Source: Blastocystis sp. Blastoise
Taxonomy: Eukaryota > Protista > Bigyra: Opalinata
Direction: 5' to 3'
Length of the DNA: 64,000 nucleotides
Assembly: GCA_039096225.1 (NCBI GenBank)
Contig: JBBPEB010000003.1
Coordinates: 248,001 to 312,000 of the forward strand
This document shows, in pieces, positions 48,351 through 63,205 of this stretch. The first letter of the stretch is position 1; each line of letters opens with the position of its first letter. A program made the position numbers and the translations under genes. Below the pieces are notes generated by a model. The model ran no database searches, was not told where the DNA came from, and saw only the letters and a program-made list of their open reading frames with translations.

Positions 48351-48446
48351 AGTCAACAAAATAAATCTACAAAAAGTATTGCCACAAAAACCTTTTTCTC
48401 ATTGGCTTAGGAAAAAGACAATTATAATTGTAGAAAAACGAGAATC

Positions 48447-48586
48447 CAGTGTTCGCCATAGGCTACCCAGGGTAGGGACTCTACCCCAGAGGATTTTTGT
48501 CCTACGCCTTGAGCCGCCAAAAGTACCCTTAAAACTGGCTCTTTTGGGAATTTTGAACCCCAGCAGAGTCTTCGTGGCGAACCCTG
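48447..48586. mobile_element. 140-bp non-autonomous hAT MITE, same family as the 26397-32349 element
   Basis: TIRs CAGTGTTCGCCA and TGGCGAACCCTG, 8-bp TSD CGAGAATC (48439-48446 and 48587-48594). The left end TAGGCTACCC.GGGTAGG..CTACCCCAG matches the autonomous element. Confidence 0.96.
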
Positions 48587-49110
48587 CGAGAATCGTAGAA
48601 TCAATAATTGTCTTTTGATGTGTTTTTTATAGTTTATATGAGTAATACTTGATAGAAGCTATGAGAATGATTTTATATGTTGATGAATGGATATATCTAT
48701 ATAAATACGTATCAAATAGTCGATTAATGAGTTTATTTTGGATAGATCGACAACATTTCAATATTTGTTAAATAAAAAAAAATACTATTCTTTTTCATAA
48801 ATGAGTGACAGTTTTTTTGTAGTATATATAGTCTTCAGTGGGCTAATAGTAGTAAGATACTGAAACTAAACAAGAAAATGAACATAAAATAAGAGTTGAC
48901 GAAAAATTTGACTAAGTTTATTTACACAATAAAAGAAAAACAATTTATTATAACAAAAATATATAAAACTCAAGAGCCTTATATATATAAATAAATGGTT
49001 AAAATTACTTAATGAAGAAATGATATTAATAAACAAACGAAAAAAAATAAAACTTCAATAAAGAAGATAGATATATAAATATGTATAGTTATTCATAGAA
49101 ATAAATAACT

Positions 49111-49479
49111 TTATAAATGATCTAAGTCGCCATGGCCAAAACACTTCCATTTCTTATTTGTATGATTACGTTTGTTACAGATAGGACAAGGAGGACATAC
49201 CTATATATAATAATTATATAATTTAAAGAATAAAGAGTATATAATAATAATATAATTTAAAGAATAATGAGTATATATAATAATATTGTTTAAAGAATAA
49301 TGAGTATATAATAATAATATAATTTAAAGAATAATGAGTATATATATATAATTGTATACTTCACAGTTGGTTTTACAGAACCAGTGGTTTTGTCTGCATG
49401 ATTCAGGATAATCAGGGCCTCCAGCTAAACAATAATAACACCTATAGTAAATAAAATAGTTATAAAGTTAAATAGTAAT

Positions 49480-49510
<31 letters not shown>

Positions 49511-49745
49511 CCAGTGGAATACTTCTCCTTTGGCTCTACATCCAGGACATCCTCCCATACCATAACCAATATGATGACATTCATCTCCAAAGTAGTGAGT
49601 GACAGGGATATGACAATGAGGGCATCGACGACATGTCTTATCAATTGTATCTATATATATATATATATATATAATTAATAGTATATATATACCTTTCGAA
49701 CCATCTTGAGGACAGCAACCATCAATAGCTTCTTCATCACCTATA

Positions 49746-49834
<89 letters not shown>

Positions 49835-50319
49835 TACAATGTCTACAGACTTGACGTTTACAATAGAGGCACGTGATAATAGGTTGTTCTTCTTTTGGCG
49901 GTAAATTCATCATAACACCTCCACAATTAGGAAGAGGGCAAATATAACCTATTATATATATTAAGTATATAAGTATAATAATAATAATACTAATAATAAA
50001 CAAAATAATAAACATAATAATAATAATAAACATAATAAACATAATAATAATAATAAACATAATAAACACAATATATACCTCCAGCTTGTTTACTAATAAG
50101 TGCATCCATATTCTTCTTCGTAAATATTCCCCAGGCATTCTCTCCTCCTAATCTCAAATAATCGGTACTATGGTATTGATTACAATCAGCGAAACAGGAT
50201 AATAAATATTGATTGTGAGCAGAATCATAATGAATATAATTTTGGGTCTTTGCACACTCCTATAGGCAAATATAATAATAAACATAATAAACATAATAAA
50301 CATAATAAACATAATAAAC

Positions 50320-50381
<62 letters not shown>

Positions 50382-50407
50382 CATAATAAAATAACATAAT
50401 AATAAAC

Positions 50408-50472
<65 letters not shown>

Positions 50473-51093
50473 CATAATATAAATAACATAATAAACATAA
50501 ACACAACCATAATAAACACATAACTATAAACATAAATATAATAATAAGTATACTCGACAATATTCGCAGAAACAAGTTAAGCAGCAATGATGTCCACAAG
50601 ATAATACTATATGCCAAGATAAATCCATACAATCAATAGATAATTGGCAATCTTCTTGTTCACCTTTCGATTCATCTAATTTCTCAATACCAGGAATAGC
50701 TGATGCATATGTTCCACATTCCTTTATATATTCAAAATAAGAAAATAGAGAACAAATAAAAATTTTAAAAATATTAAGAAAAAAAAACAAAAGAATGAAT
50801 AACAGCATATATATACAGAACACATAACAATAGCACTAAGCGCAGTCTTGTGATTACAGATATAACACATGTGTGTTTCTACACTACAAGCATCCATCTC
50901 ACCACATTCTAAGCAAAGGTAACGAATAGAACCTTTTCTGATATATATAGTCTCTCCAGTATCAAAGATAGAAACATTTGTAGCAGGGTAGACACAATCT
51001 TTGACATCTCGAACCTAGAAACTATTAATTACAGATCAACATAATCCACGTTACTTTACAATTTTTACATAAAACGTAAAAATTTCTTTCCAT
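49111..51093 (-). CDS. Parkin-like RBR E3 ubiquitin ligase (RING0-RING1-IBR-RING2), no Ubl domain
   Basis: Spliced product FYVLCKNC..GSIRYLCLECG (RING0-like), CGHHCCLTCFCEYC..YLLSCFADC (RING1), GGYICPLPNCGG..CLYC..CRHC (IBR) and CRRCPHCHIPV..DECHHI..WCYYC (RING2). Confidence 0.8.
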
Positions 51094-54000
51094 TTTAATA
51101 GAATAAGATAAATAATAAATAAAATAGTTTCTAAATAAATTCTAATTCAGTCTTTGAAATTTTATTTTTTGATCATCCTCATTTTTCATTTATTTCCGCA
51201 GGAATCTGACTCGAAAAATAGTAATGTTAAAAACTACTAAAAAAAACTGAATTGATCTTAATTAATCAGTATTATCCAGTTTTGTTTTTGTTGTAAGAGT
51301 TTTTGTTATATAATGCTCTTAATCTCATTTAATGAGTACTAAAACTATTTATAAAACGTATATGCTCTAAGAAATGAAAAGATATTCACTATTTGTTAAC
51401 AATCAAATTCATGTCAGTTTCTTTTTTCTCAGATAATTTAGATATGATACTATGAATGAAAGGAATGCATTATCTTGTATTTAAAGAACATATACTATAT
51501 CATCATTTTAGTTCTTGCCAGATTTAAGCATTTCTTGATATAAACAAGTATTTTAGAATAACAATATAGTTATATATCTATGTGTATCATGAATTGAAGC
51601 AAATTAAGATTGTTTTAAAATTGAATTATTCATTCTATAGACTATTTGTAAGCCAATTTATGGATCAACAATCATTATAAATCTTCAAGTTTTATATCTT
51701 TGTATATATATCTATCATATATAAAGTATCGTACAAAGAATATATGTAAAAATATCTAATTTAATTAAAAAATATTAATAACAAAGTAACAATAGTTATC
51801 CTAGTTCTTCTTTGATGAGAAATTATTAATTATATAAAAAAATTTCTGGATATATATGAATATGTAGTGAAATACTCCAAAAACAAATAAAGAAGAAGTG
51901 AATTTACTGACAATAATTGTAAGAAAAATGAATAAACATAAATATCGAGAAATAGTATAAGAATAATAGAGTCTGCCATCTAGACGATAGAAGTGTTATA
52001 TAAAAACACTATGAATAATTGTTGTTGGTTTATTAGATATTTTTTGTTGCATATATATAGATAAATAGAGTTAAAACAACTGATAGAACTCATATAAATA
52101 AATAAATATATACTATTTATTATAAACAGTATTTAAAAGAAGTATTTTTTTTTGAATATATAAATAAAACAAAATACTATATATATAAACAACGAATCAT
52201 AAGAAGACACTTATGTATAATTTATGGAAATAGATACTTAGAATATATACATATATATATAATTATGTATATATAGTATTTAAATTATGGTAAAAGCCAT
52301 TAAAGAATATAATTGGAATATGATTAAAATGGATAGAAATCAATATAGATTAGTAAAAAGGAATTACAAAAAAGAACAATTAGAACATTAATTAAAAACA
52401 ATAGACTTCTTTATTTATTATATATTCTGTAAGAGTTATATAAATAGAAACAGAATGAGAAGAATAATGATAAAATGAATATATATATATGATCTAAACT
52501 ATTATACTCTATAATAATAAAAAAAAATAACAAAGATAAACACAAAAATGAAATTGAAAACAATTTTAAAACCAATAAATAGGTATTATTATTTGTAAAA
52601 TAAAAAAAATATGTAATATAATATAAAATAATCTATATATATATAATAGAAAGAAACTTGCAAAATGAGTTGCTCTAAATAAATAGTCGAATATATAAAT
52701 AATTAAAAAATAATAAAAAAAAGTTGTTAATACTCAAAATGTTTTTATAATTAAATTATTTTTATTTGAATAATAAAAACATATTCTATATATATATACA
52801 AACAATCAATATATAGTGTAATAAAATATTTAGTAGTAATGTTTGAATTATATATATATATTAAAAAAAGAATTGAATTAAAAAAAAAAACAAAAAGAAT
52901 ATATATATAATGGTATTAATGCAATGTATGAACTATTATATATATACTTTTTCTATTATCATGGAACCAAGTTGTTTTTTGAAAGTATCCTATTTAATAT
53001 ATATATATGTATTATTTGAATATAAATTAGAATGATTTGAATATGCATCAGTGACTTGAGAAATAAGTCATATAGCTTGAATACATATAATATCTATATA
53101 AACGAAACTAAAAACTAAAAACTAAAAACGTTAGTTCTTATTGTATTGAGATATACCTGCATATTTTCATAACAAAACATATATATAATGAAAAAATAAA
53201 ATAAAATACATAAACAACAATAAAACAAAACAACAATAAACATATACTAATACAGATATATATATATATAGAATAGAAAAATCAGTATTAGTCTTATATA
53301 AATAAATTAAAATAAACATATATATATATATAATAAAACAAAAATAGAATTATGAAAATACCAGATAATAATGAATACATCAAATATTTATAAAAAAATA
53401 AAATAAAATATAAACAAACATATAAATATAGATAATATAATTTATTAGAAATGTCTAATATATATATATATATCTATATGCATGTTTTAGAATAGTAACA
53501 AACGATAATAACAGTTTATCTATATATAAAGAAAAATGAATAGGAAAAAAGAAATATTCTTATAAATGAATAAAGTAAATAGCCGCGAAATAAAATAAAA
53601 CAAAAAAGAAAAAAAGATTAAAAAAATAAAGAAAAATGAAAAATAATATATGAAAAAGAATAATTAATATATATATAAATATATTATAAATATATATTAT
53701 AAATATATATATAAAGAAAAAAATCAATATAGATTTAAAAAAAAAAAATAGTATATTTATGCATAAATATGTTTATATATAAAAGCTATCACTATATTAT
53801 ATATAAATAAAGTTCGATAATACAAAGAATAAGAATAATTATGAAAGAGTGAGAATATATAATTAAATTAAATAAAATTGTAAAAAAAGAAAAATAAACA
53901 AAATGAACATTTTGAATAGAAATACAATAATGAATAAGAATATATATATTTCAAATTAAATATACATTATATATATCTTATGATGCTATATTCGATAAAA

Positions 54001-55657
54001 GAAAACATTATATATATATCAAAAAAGAATAATGACGAGTAAATTATATATTATATTTACTAATAAAGTTCCATAAATATATATAAGGAAAGAAGAATGT
54101 TAAAATAAAAAGAAAGTTGTCAATATATAATGACTAATATATATATGTATATATATATATATATAAGAACTAAAGAAATATATTTTTATATATGTATATA
54201 TACATATATAATGAATCAAAAGCAATACTAATATAAAATTAGTATTAAAAAAGAAAATATATAAAGAAATATAAATAGATTTATAAAGAGTAATAAAGGA
54301 TTTAAAAAAAAAATGTTTATATATATGTTATAATATTAATTGATTATGAAACGATAAAATACGGAAACAATTTGTATAGAGTATTATATATATATATATC
54401 AATACATTATACATATATATATAAACAATTAATAATCGTAAAAATAATGACTAGAAAAATAATACTAAAGTATATATATATATATTTATATATATATCAT
54501 ATTATAGGATATGAAGAAGAATTCTTATATAATGAATAGACAAAGAGAACTGAAGTATATATATAAATAAATAAATAAACAAATATGTATTGAAATATAT
54601 ATATATAGAAAATGAGTGAATATGATTAATAGATTTATATGTGAATTATATACTAATTACAAGTATGCATATAAATTATAATAACAATAGTCACTGACAA
54701 AAAAAATAATATATATATATATGTATATCAAATAAATATTTCAATAAACAAATAAACATAATATCTATAATTAAAAGATAAAAAAAGAAGAGAAATATAT
54801 ATATATATATATACCTGTTATATTATATATAAACATTTTTCGAATTATAAAAATAAAATAGAAAGTATATACATATTGAAATGTTTATCTTTTTAAATGT
54901 ACAAAATTAATAATTTAATATACAAAAGAAGAAGAATAACAACAAAGTAGCAGCACACATAGTAAAATAAAAGTATATATATATGTATATATAATAACAA
55001 AGGAATAATAAATAACTCAAAAAAAAAAAAAGGTAAATTTACGGTGTTAAATATATTTACATATATATATAAAGAATAGAATAATTTTATATATATAAAT
55101 GTAATTGTAAAGGAAATAATTCTTTGATATTATTGATATAAAATAAAATATGAATATTCATAAATATATATACAGAATATATCATATGAACGGAGGATAA
55201 AAAATAAAAATAAAAATAGAATATATATATATATATATAGATATATATAAAGAAAAAGAGAGGGAAGTCCCGAATATGAAGAACCGGGAAAATAAACAAA
55301 AAAGAGAAGGAGATAAACAAAAGAATTTAACAAGAAGAAATAATGATATATTTATTTAAAAATTTAGTAATAATCACATAGATATAATATATATATATAT
55401 ATAATATATAATATATATATAGTAAATATATAGACATGATCAAATAAACACATAAAAATATATCTGAACCATAACTGGATGAAGAAAACAAATAGATATA
55501 TTTATATATTAATGATTATTACAAACAAACCAAAAAACAAAAACATAGACATCAAATCAAAACAAACAAAATAAATAATGCTTATAAATATATATTAATA
55601 ACTAGAATATCTATGATATAACTAAGAAATGAATTCATCATTGAAATAGTATAGACT

Positions 55658-57596
55658 TTACATATAGTTATATTGATTAATAGGATAAGTTTGAGTATTA
55701 TTTATGGGGACCATAGGAAGAGGAGTAGTATAATTCGTTTTAGTCATAGGACCATTGGAATTAATTTTATTATTATTGTTATTAGTAGGTATATTATTCA
55801 TATTTATATTATTTTGTGGTATAGAAGGAGTAGGAGAAGAATTGGAAGAGATAGGAGTAGAGGCAATAGAATTAGAAGGAGTAGAAGAAGAAGGAGAATA
55901 AGATACATGAGAAGGAGGAGGAGGTATAGAAGTAGTTATATAAGAAGAAGTTGAAAGAGTAGGATACAGAGAGATTGGAGGAGAGAGAATCATGGGATTC
56001 CCAAGGGAATATGAGGGTACAGGAGGCATAGGAACAGAGAGAGGTGCAGCGATAGATCGGACAGGTAGTGAGTTCACGACAGCAGAATGACCCAAAGCTT
56101 CTGTCTTCTTTTCCTAAAGAAATAGTGTAGAATATAAAAATATGTAAACTATTGAATATTTATTATTAATATAAAGAGTTTATTAAATATATATGTATAT
56201 AATTTAGTTTCTAAAAATAAAATGGCTTTCATAGTTAAATAGATAATTAATAAAAAAAATTTAATTTATATATATATATACTTGAAATTGAGCGAAATAA
56301 AACATGCATCGCTTTTGACTATTGGAATTAGGCCAACGCTGTCCTTGACGCTATATATAATAATAATAATTAAAAAAAGTTAAAAAAAAAATAAAAATAA
56401 AAAAAAAAAAGTTGAAAAAAATATATATAATAAAAAAATATATATTTCTTGCGAAACTTGATTAATAACCAAATATATATGAATATAATATATATATATA
56501 TATATACTACCATCATTGTATCAGCAAGAGCAGTTGTTGTATAGAAACGAATAAAAGCATAACCTAGATTTTTTGTTGTTTTTGCATCTTGAGGCAAATA
56601 AATAATCTTATATAGATCTATAGATAATAAATAAGATAATAAAATAATGAAATAACAATATATCAACGAAATAGAGAAAACTATTTATTATTTTATTCCT
56701 TTAAAAATATATACTTTTAGCAGTTGTATCAAATACAGTCTGTAAATCAACGTTTTTATATCTATATATAAATAGAATTTAAAATAAATGATAAAAATGA
56801 TAAAAATCAAAATAATCAAAATAATCAATAATAAAATTTTAAAAATTTTAAATTTAAAAAATAAAAGAAAAAGAACGTTTTAAAACATAAAGAATCAATA
56901 TTTACCTATTAGGAATATTACGAATCATAACAACAGTTCTTTTTTCTGTTCCATTTAGAAGATCTTGAATTACAGGAATATCGCATTTTCTAGGTTCATC
57001 CATTTTTGATACATAATTGGAAGGATAAGCTTCAGGTTCTATATATATCATCAAATATATAATTTATAGAAAAATTAAGTAAAAAGCAAATAAATACCTT
57101 TATAGTAATAATGATATTCTGATTCAGGAAGAGAAGAAACAGCACTTATTCTTTGCATTGACTGTTCTACTTGTTCTCTAACGTGATATTCAGGATTAGG
57201 TCGAATATATTCGTTTCTATATTGTGAATAACTACCTGAATGGTGTTGATTTACTAAGGAAGGGTCACCACTTCTTCTATCAATATATCCTCTTCTATCA
57301 TCATATGGATCTTGGTCATAATAAGGTGCATCGACGACTATATTTCAAGAAATAAATAAATACTAGTAAAAATGAAAAGTTATACCTTCTGAAGGTATAT
57401 TATCATTATATTCACGTTGATATGAATAATAAGAAGGTTCATCATAAGGTACATGATTTACTGGTTCATTTGCATAATTAACAGCAGCCGTAGGTCTCTA
57501 TATAGAAAATACAAAAATGATACACTTAATAAGGAAAAGATATACATTAACTTGAGTTTGTGTAGGGTAGTTGCGATCAATGTTGGGATAAGACAT
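55658..57596 (-). CDS. Mei2-like RNA-binding protein (C-terminal Mei2-type RRM)
   Basis: KRTVVMIRNIPNRY, YLPQDAKTTKNLGYAFIRF and WPNSNSQKRCMFYFAQFQ match the Mei2 RRM3 signature. Y/P-rich N-terminus and S/P/N-rich C-terminus. Confidence 0.88.
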
Positions 57597-59278
57597 GTTA
57601 AAAATCTGATTTAAAGTGGAACAATAAAACGGATAACAATAATGATTGAAGTTAGAAACTATACTAAATGAATAATAATAAAGCGCCTTTAAAAGTTATT
57701 TAAAAGTTATTGCAAGCAAATTATTTATTTAGTAATAAGCTTCACACGAAATAAATTACTTTTGAGTCACAAAAGTCCAAAAAAAAAATGAAACCAACTA
57801 GATGACCAGAGATGCACCCTATTATTGGACGGTTTCATTCCATAAAGAATAACAATATATTAACGGGGATTTTACCTTATTTTAGTGAATACTTCAATAT
57901 TCTCTTGAATATTCATTACAACGTGTTAAAAATGAATTTTTTATTTTTAATTGTTTAGTCGTAATTTCTTTGTAATGTATCGATCAGTTTTATTTGATTA
58001 GGAAGTTATGATGGTATTGAATTCAATTCTGTTATAAATTGAATAATATTTACAGAAAAGACACATAAAAACATAAAAGAAATCAGAATAGATACATTGT
58101 TTTTTCTAATTGAATCAGAAAACGGTTCTGCCCAATTCATTTGTAACAATACTATTTAGGGGATATTTACTATTCTTGGTTAACCAATAAAAACAAAACT
58201 CAATCATAACGCCAATTTGATTGAAACATTTTAAACTAGAAGCATTATTACTGGATAAAAATGTCAACGAAACATCTCTTTGGACTGTTTAGCAAATGAA
58301 GTATTGTTCCATATAAATAAATAGGGTCATCAGAATCTCCATTCATTTGCTTCCAAAGACTTTTTTTTTGAGATTATTTTTTAGTATTGGTTAATGGTCA
58401 ACAATTCATAAGTATTTATTGGATAGCATAGATGACAGTAGATGCGTAATTAAACTGACAGATGTATTCTATTCACTGATTTCTTTTATTCCTTTTTATC
58501 GGACCATTAACGTTATAATTAATATTTATGTTATACAATTCATTTGCTTCTTTTAATTTATTCCATATATTTCGTTTATATTACAGATGAAACATGATAC
58601 ATCATTTGAAGGTTGTCGTAAACACTCCAACCTTCAATTGTTTGGAATTTGATTAACAAACAGTATCTCATATTATATCTATCTATATACATGAGTATAA
58701 TGAATTCTATTTACATTTTCTAAAACTTATTTTAAGCCAAAAACCACATTATTTAAACCTTTTTCTAAAGATAAATACAAAAACTTGTTTTTTTTTCTTT
58801 TATAAACCATGTTCTTTTTCGTCACAAACATTAAGGAAGTGTATTTCACTATTGTTTATTTTGGAATTATAAAATAACGGTAATAACTTAATAATGTAAT
58901 GTGAAAGAGCGAGTGGTTAGAAACTAATTTTACGTGTTTTAATTTGAACCGATATTCTATATTATGCCCAATAATGTAAATGAATATAATTTCCTACATA
59001 AAGTTATTACAAAAATTAATATCACTTCAAAAGATGAGAAATATTGTTAAGTTTAGTATTTAGAACTTATAAATAAGTATGCATTTAAAAAAAAAATTAA
59101 CAAGATTATGGTTATTGAAATAATTATTATATAAAAAATTGAAAAAAGAAAATAAAAGAAAAGGGAGACTTTGAGTTTTATTCGTGATTATGGATAAGAA
59201 ATGAGTAAAATGATAAATGGTGGTGTGTGAACATTGCTTTTTAATAAATACTCCATATTCTACATAGAAAAGTCTAAA

Positions 59279-60381
59279 ATGGTAATTATTCTTCTTCTAC
59301 TAGTTTTTTATAGTTTGTTATAGAGACCTATTTTATTAAAAGGACATGAAAGATCAATTACATTTTTAAAATATAACAAAGAAGGTGATATATTCTTCAG
59401 TTGTGGTAAAGATAAGGAACCTACTTTATGGTGTGCTGAAAATGGTCAAAGAATTGGTACATATATTGGTCACAATGGTTCTATTTGGCATATTGATGTC
59501 ACTAGTGATTCAAAGTACTGTATTACTGCTTCTGGTGACCAAACTTGTAAAATCTGGGAAGTTCAAACAGGAAAATGTCTTTGTACTTTAGATCACAAAC
59601 AACCTGTTCGTGTTGTTGGTATTAGTGAAGATGACAAGAGATTCTTTACTTGTGTAGATGCTTTTGCTGGAGAATCCGCTAAGATTCTTATTTGGGATAT
59701 CCCTGAAGATATTCGTACTATTACAACTCCTACTACAGTTATAAGTGAATTAGGTTTTCTTAATGAATCTCATCATATTAATGACGCTATCTGGACTCCA
59801 GCTAATGAAGGCATTCTTGTTGCGTATATAGATATTATTAATATTATTTTTTTTTTAAATTTATATTCTTATATATTTATATTCATTATTATTATTTTTT
59901 TTAAATTTATATTCTTCTATATTTATATATTCATTATTGTTATTATTTTTTTAATTTATATTCTTATATATTTATATTCATTATTATTATTTTTTTTTAA
60001 ATTTATATTCTTATATATATAGAGGTCAAGATGGATATGTTCGTTGTTTTAATCCTATTACTGGAGAAATCATGAGAGAAGTTAAGGCTCATAAGTATAT
60101 ATATTATTATTATTATTATTATGTTTATGTTTATGCTTATTATTATTGTAATCTTATTTATTTTTACAAACATTTCTAATATGTGTATATATATAGTAAT
60201 AGTGTTAATAGTGTTGCCCTCTCTAAGGATGGTCTTTTCTTCTTAACTGCCAGTACTGATGCTACTGCTAAATTATTTGAGACTTTCTCTTTTGAACATG
60301 TATATACATATAAAACAGACAGACCTCTTAACAGTGGAGCTATCTCTCCTATATTAGATCAAGTATATATAATAATATATA

Positions 60382-60434
<53 letters not shown>

Positions 60435-60530
60435 GGTTGTTGTTGTTGGTGGTACTGAAGCACGTGATGTCACTACCTCCAAAAATGTGAATATGGAAGT
60501 ATATATATATATATTATTATTATTATCGTG

Positions 60531-60614
<84 letters not shown>

Positions 60615-60995
60615 AATATATCAATAGACTTTATTCTTCTCTCTTCCTCTTCAAGAAGAGATTGGCCGTGTAAAAGGTCACTTTGGTACCATGAACTGCA
60701 TTGCTTTTAATCCTGATGGAAGAAGTTTTATATATATATATTATTATTATTATTATTATTATACTTATTCTTATATACATATATTTCTATAGTTTTATAA
60801 CAGGGGGAGAAGATGGTTTTATTCGTTTACATTTCTTTGATAAAAATTATTTTGAACAAGTATATAGATTATTATTATATATAAAATAAATAAATAATAA
60901 TATAATTATAGGATAAATTAGCTGAAAAGGAATTACGTTACATCGATAGTCTTGCTCGTAAACAAGAAGAAAAACGAAAACAACTTCTTGAATAA
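59279..60995 (+). CDS. EIF3I: Translation initiation factor eIF3 subunit I (WD40)
   Basis: M|[55 protein letters not shown] and [10 protein letters not shown]. Confidence 0.96.
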
Positions 60996-61381
60996 ACTGT
61001 CTTAATTGTTATTAATCTCATTTTTATTTAAATATATTATATGTTTTTATTTGTTTTGTTCTATTTGAATCGAAGTATTATGTATTCATTATCTATATAT
61101 GTATAGTTTTAAATAAATCCATATTTTGATTATCTATTTGTTCTTTCTGTATGTATTTCTACCCATATATTCTATATATAACATTTATTACATAAATATT
61201 TTTTTAAATTAAAAGTTTCACCAAATGATTTTTTTCTATACATTCACTTATACGATACATAAAACCATGATGAATTAAATTTCAAATTCTCTTTAATTAA
61301 AAGGTTGAAATGACTTTCAAAATTAAAAATGAAACACATTATTTTTTAAAAACTTTTTTTCGATTATTCGGTTATTCAAAA

Positions 61382-62636
61382 ATGGCTGATGACGACAGTA
61401 AGCATTGCAGCGATATGCATGCTCCAGATAATTGGAATCGTGTTTTATATGAAGGTTCTTATGGAAAGGATAACTATGTTGAAAAAACGTTCTTACAATC
61501 TTTATTTATTAATCCTGACTATGGTACGGTGAGCGTCTTACAATATTTCTATTCAAATATTCCGTTTGCTGTTAAAATATTGGCAATCACTATACCTTTA
61601 GTAAATGATTATCTTTGCTATATTTATGTAGAATTAGGTTTTACTCTTTATTATATGTGATTTAATGGAAGAAGGTATTTCTTTGTCTGGTTATGGATCC
61701 CATTTACTCATTGGATTTCTACTTGGTGGAAGTATATGCTGGATTTTTGCAACAAGATTTATGAAACGAATTCGTAATTCACTTGTTATTAAAACCATGA
61801 ATTGGCTTTGTAGAATTGTTATTTATTTCTGTTTGTTTTCTCTTAGACAAGAGATTATAGGTACAACCGTAATTGTTATAGATACAATCGTATTGATGGT
61901 TTATTTATTTATTTGTCCTATTCTTGATAGAACGTATATATATCTTTTCATTTTTATATTCTTTATATATATATACTAAAACAATAATCAATAGAATAAT
62001 GATAATTATGATTTTCATAACTATTAATATTTTCTCTAGTCAATTATCCTCATTTTCTTTGAGTGTATACAGTATATTTATACTAATTACATCTCTCTTT
62101 CTTCCTTCTCTTCCTTCTCTTCTCTTCTATCTCCCTCTTTCATTCCTCTTTGCAGTCTCCGTCAGCTATATACCTTCTTATTATCCTGTATATTTATTTA
62201 TATTTATTATTCTATTTATTATTATTTTTTTATTATATTTGTTATTATATTATTTATTATATTTGTTATTATATTATTTATTATATTTGTTATATTTATT
62301 ATATTTATTATAATTATATATTTATTATTATTATATTTATTTTATTAATTCTATTTGTTATATTTATTATTATTATTATTTATTATATTTATTATTATAT
62401 ATTCCTTATAGAAATATTACAAAGTTTTGAGTTTATACGTAGTTCTCATTTCTATTCTCTGTTTCCTATTATATTATTTTCATAATATATATATGTGTAA
62501 CGTATACTCAATAATAATGGGATATACACTTCTTATTGGTCCATTTATTCAGTATTACTTCCAGTTTGATAAGCAAGTCTATATGGGTCCGTGGATTATT
62601 CCTCGCGTTCCTGTAGTATCGTATCATGAAGAATAA
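61382..62636 (+). CDS. PIGC: GPI-GlcNAc transferase subunit C (PIG-C/Gpi2)-like
   Basis: N-terminal WNRVLYEGSYGKDNYVEKTFLQSL and C-terminal QFDKQVYMGPW resemble PIG-C signatures; multi-pass hydrophobic core. Confidence 0.78.
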
Positions 62637-63205
62637 ACATATAAACAAGAAGAATCTTAAATATTGTATTTATCATAAACAATTACTCTCTATATATATA
62701 TAGAATACACTTTCTATGAGTGTTTTTTATATATAATAATGATAACCATTTTATTTTATTATCTTATACATATATTTCTCTTTATATTAAACAATATATT
62801 TTACAAACAATACATATTTATAACTTTTTTTTTCTATATTAATATCTTTATATAATTATTCTTGCACGTTCTTTAATATATTAGCATAATTTCTTTATTG
62901 TTCTCATAGGATAACAAACAGGTTTTGTTGAATAATATATTTTTATTATTATTATTATAAATAATTGATCATTTCTACTATGATTTTTGTATTTTAATGT
63001 AGTATTAAAATATAGTATTGAGGAATATATATGTAATTAACATTTTTTTATTTACTACATATTAAGCATTGAATATATATATATTTAATTTTAAAAATAT
63101 ATTCCCAGAAATACATATGAGCAAAAGAAAAATAGTAATTTATCATAATATATAACTATAAAATGGGCTTAAAACATCGATAATAATATGATAGATCAAT
63201 AAAGA

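Noticed and set aside
48340-48618. GC-richer ORFs 48340..48618 (+) and 48422..48604 (-)
   Set aside because: They merely span the 140-bp MITE and show no protein features.
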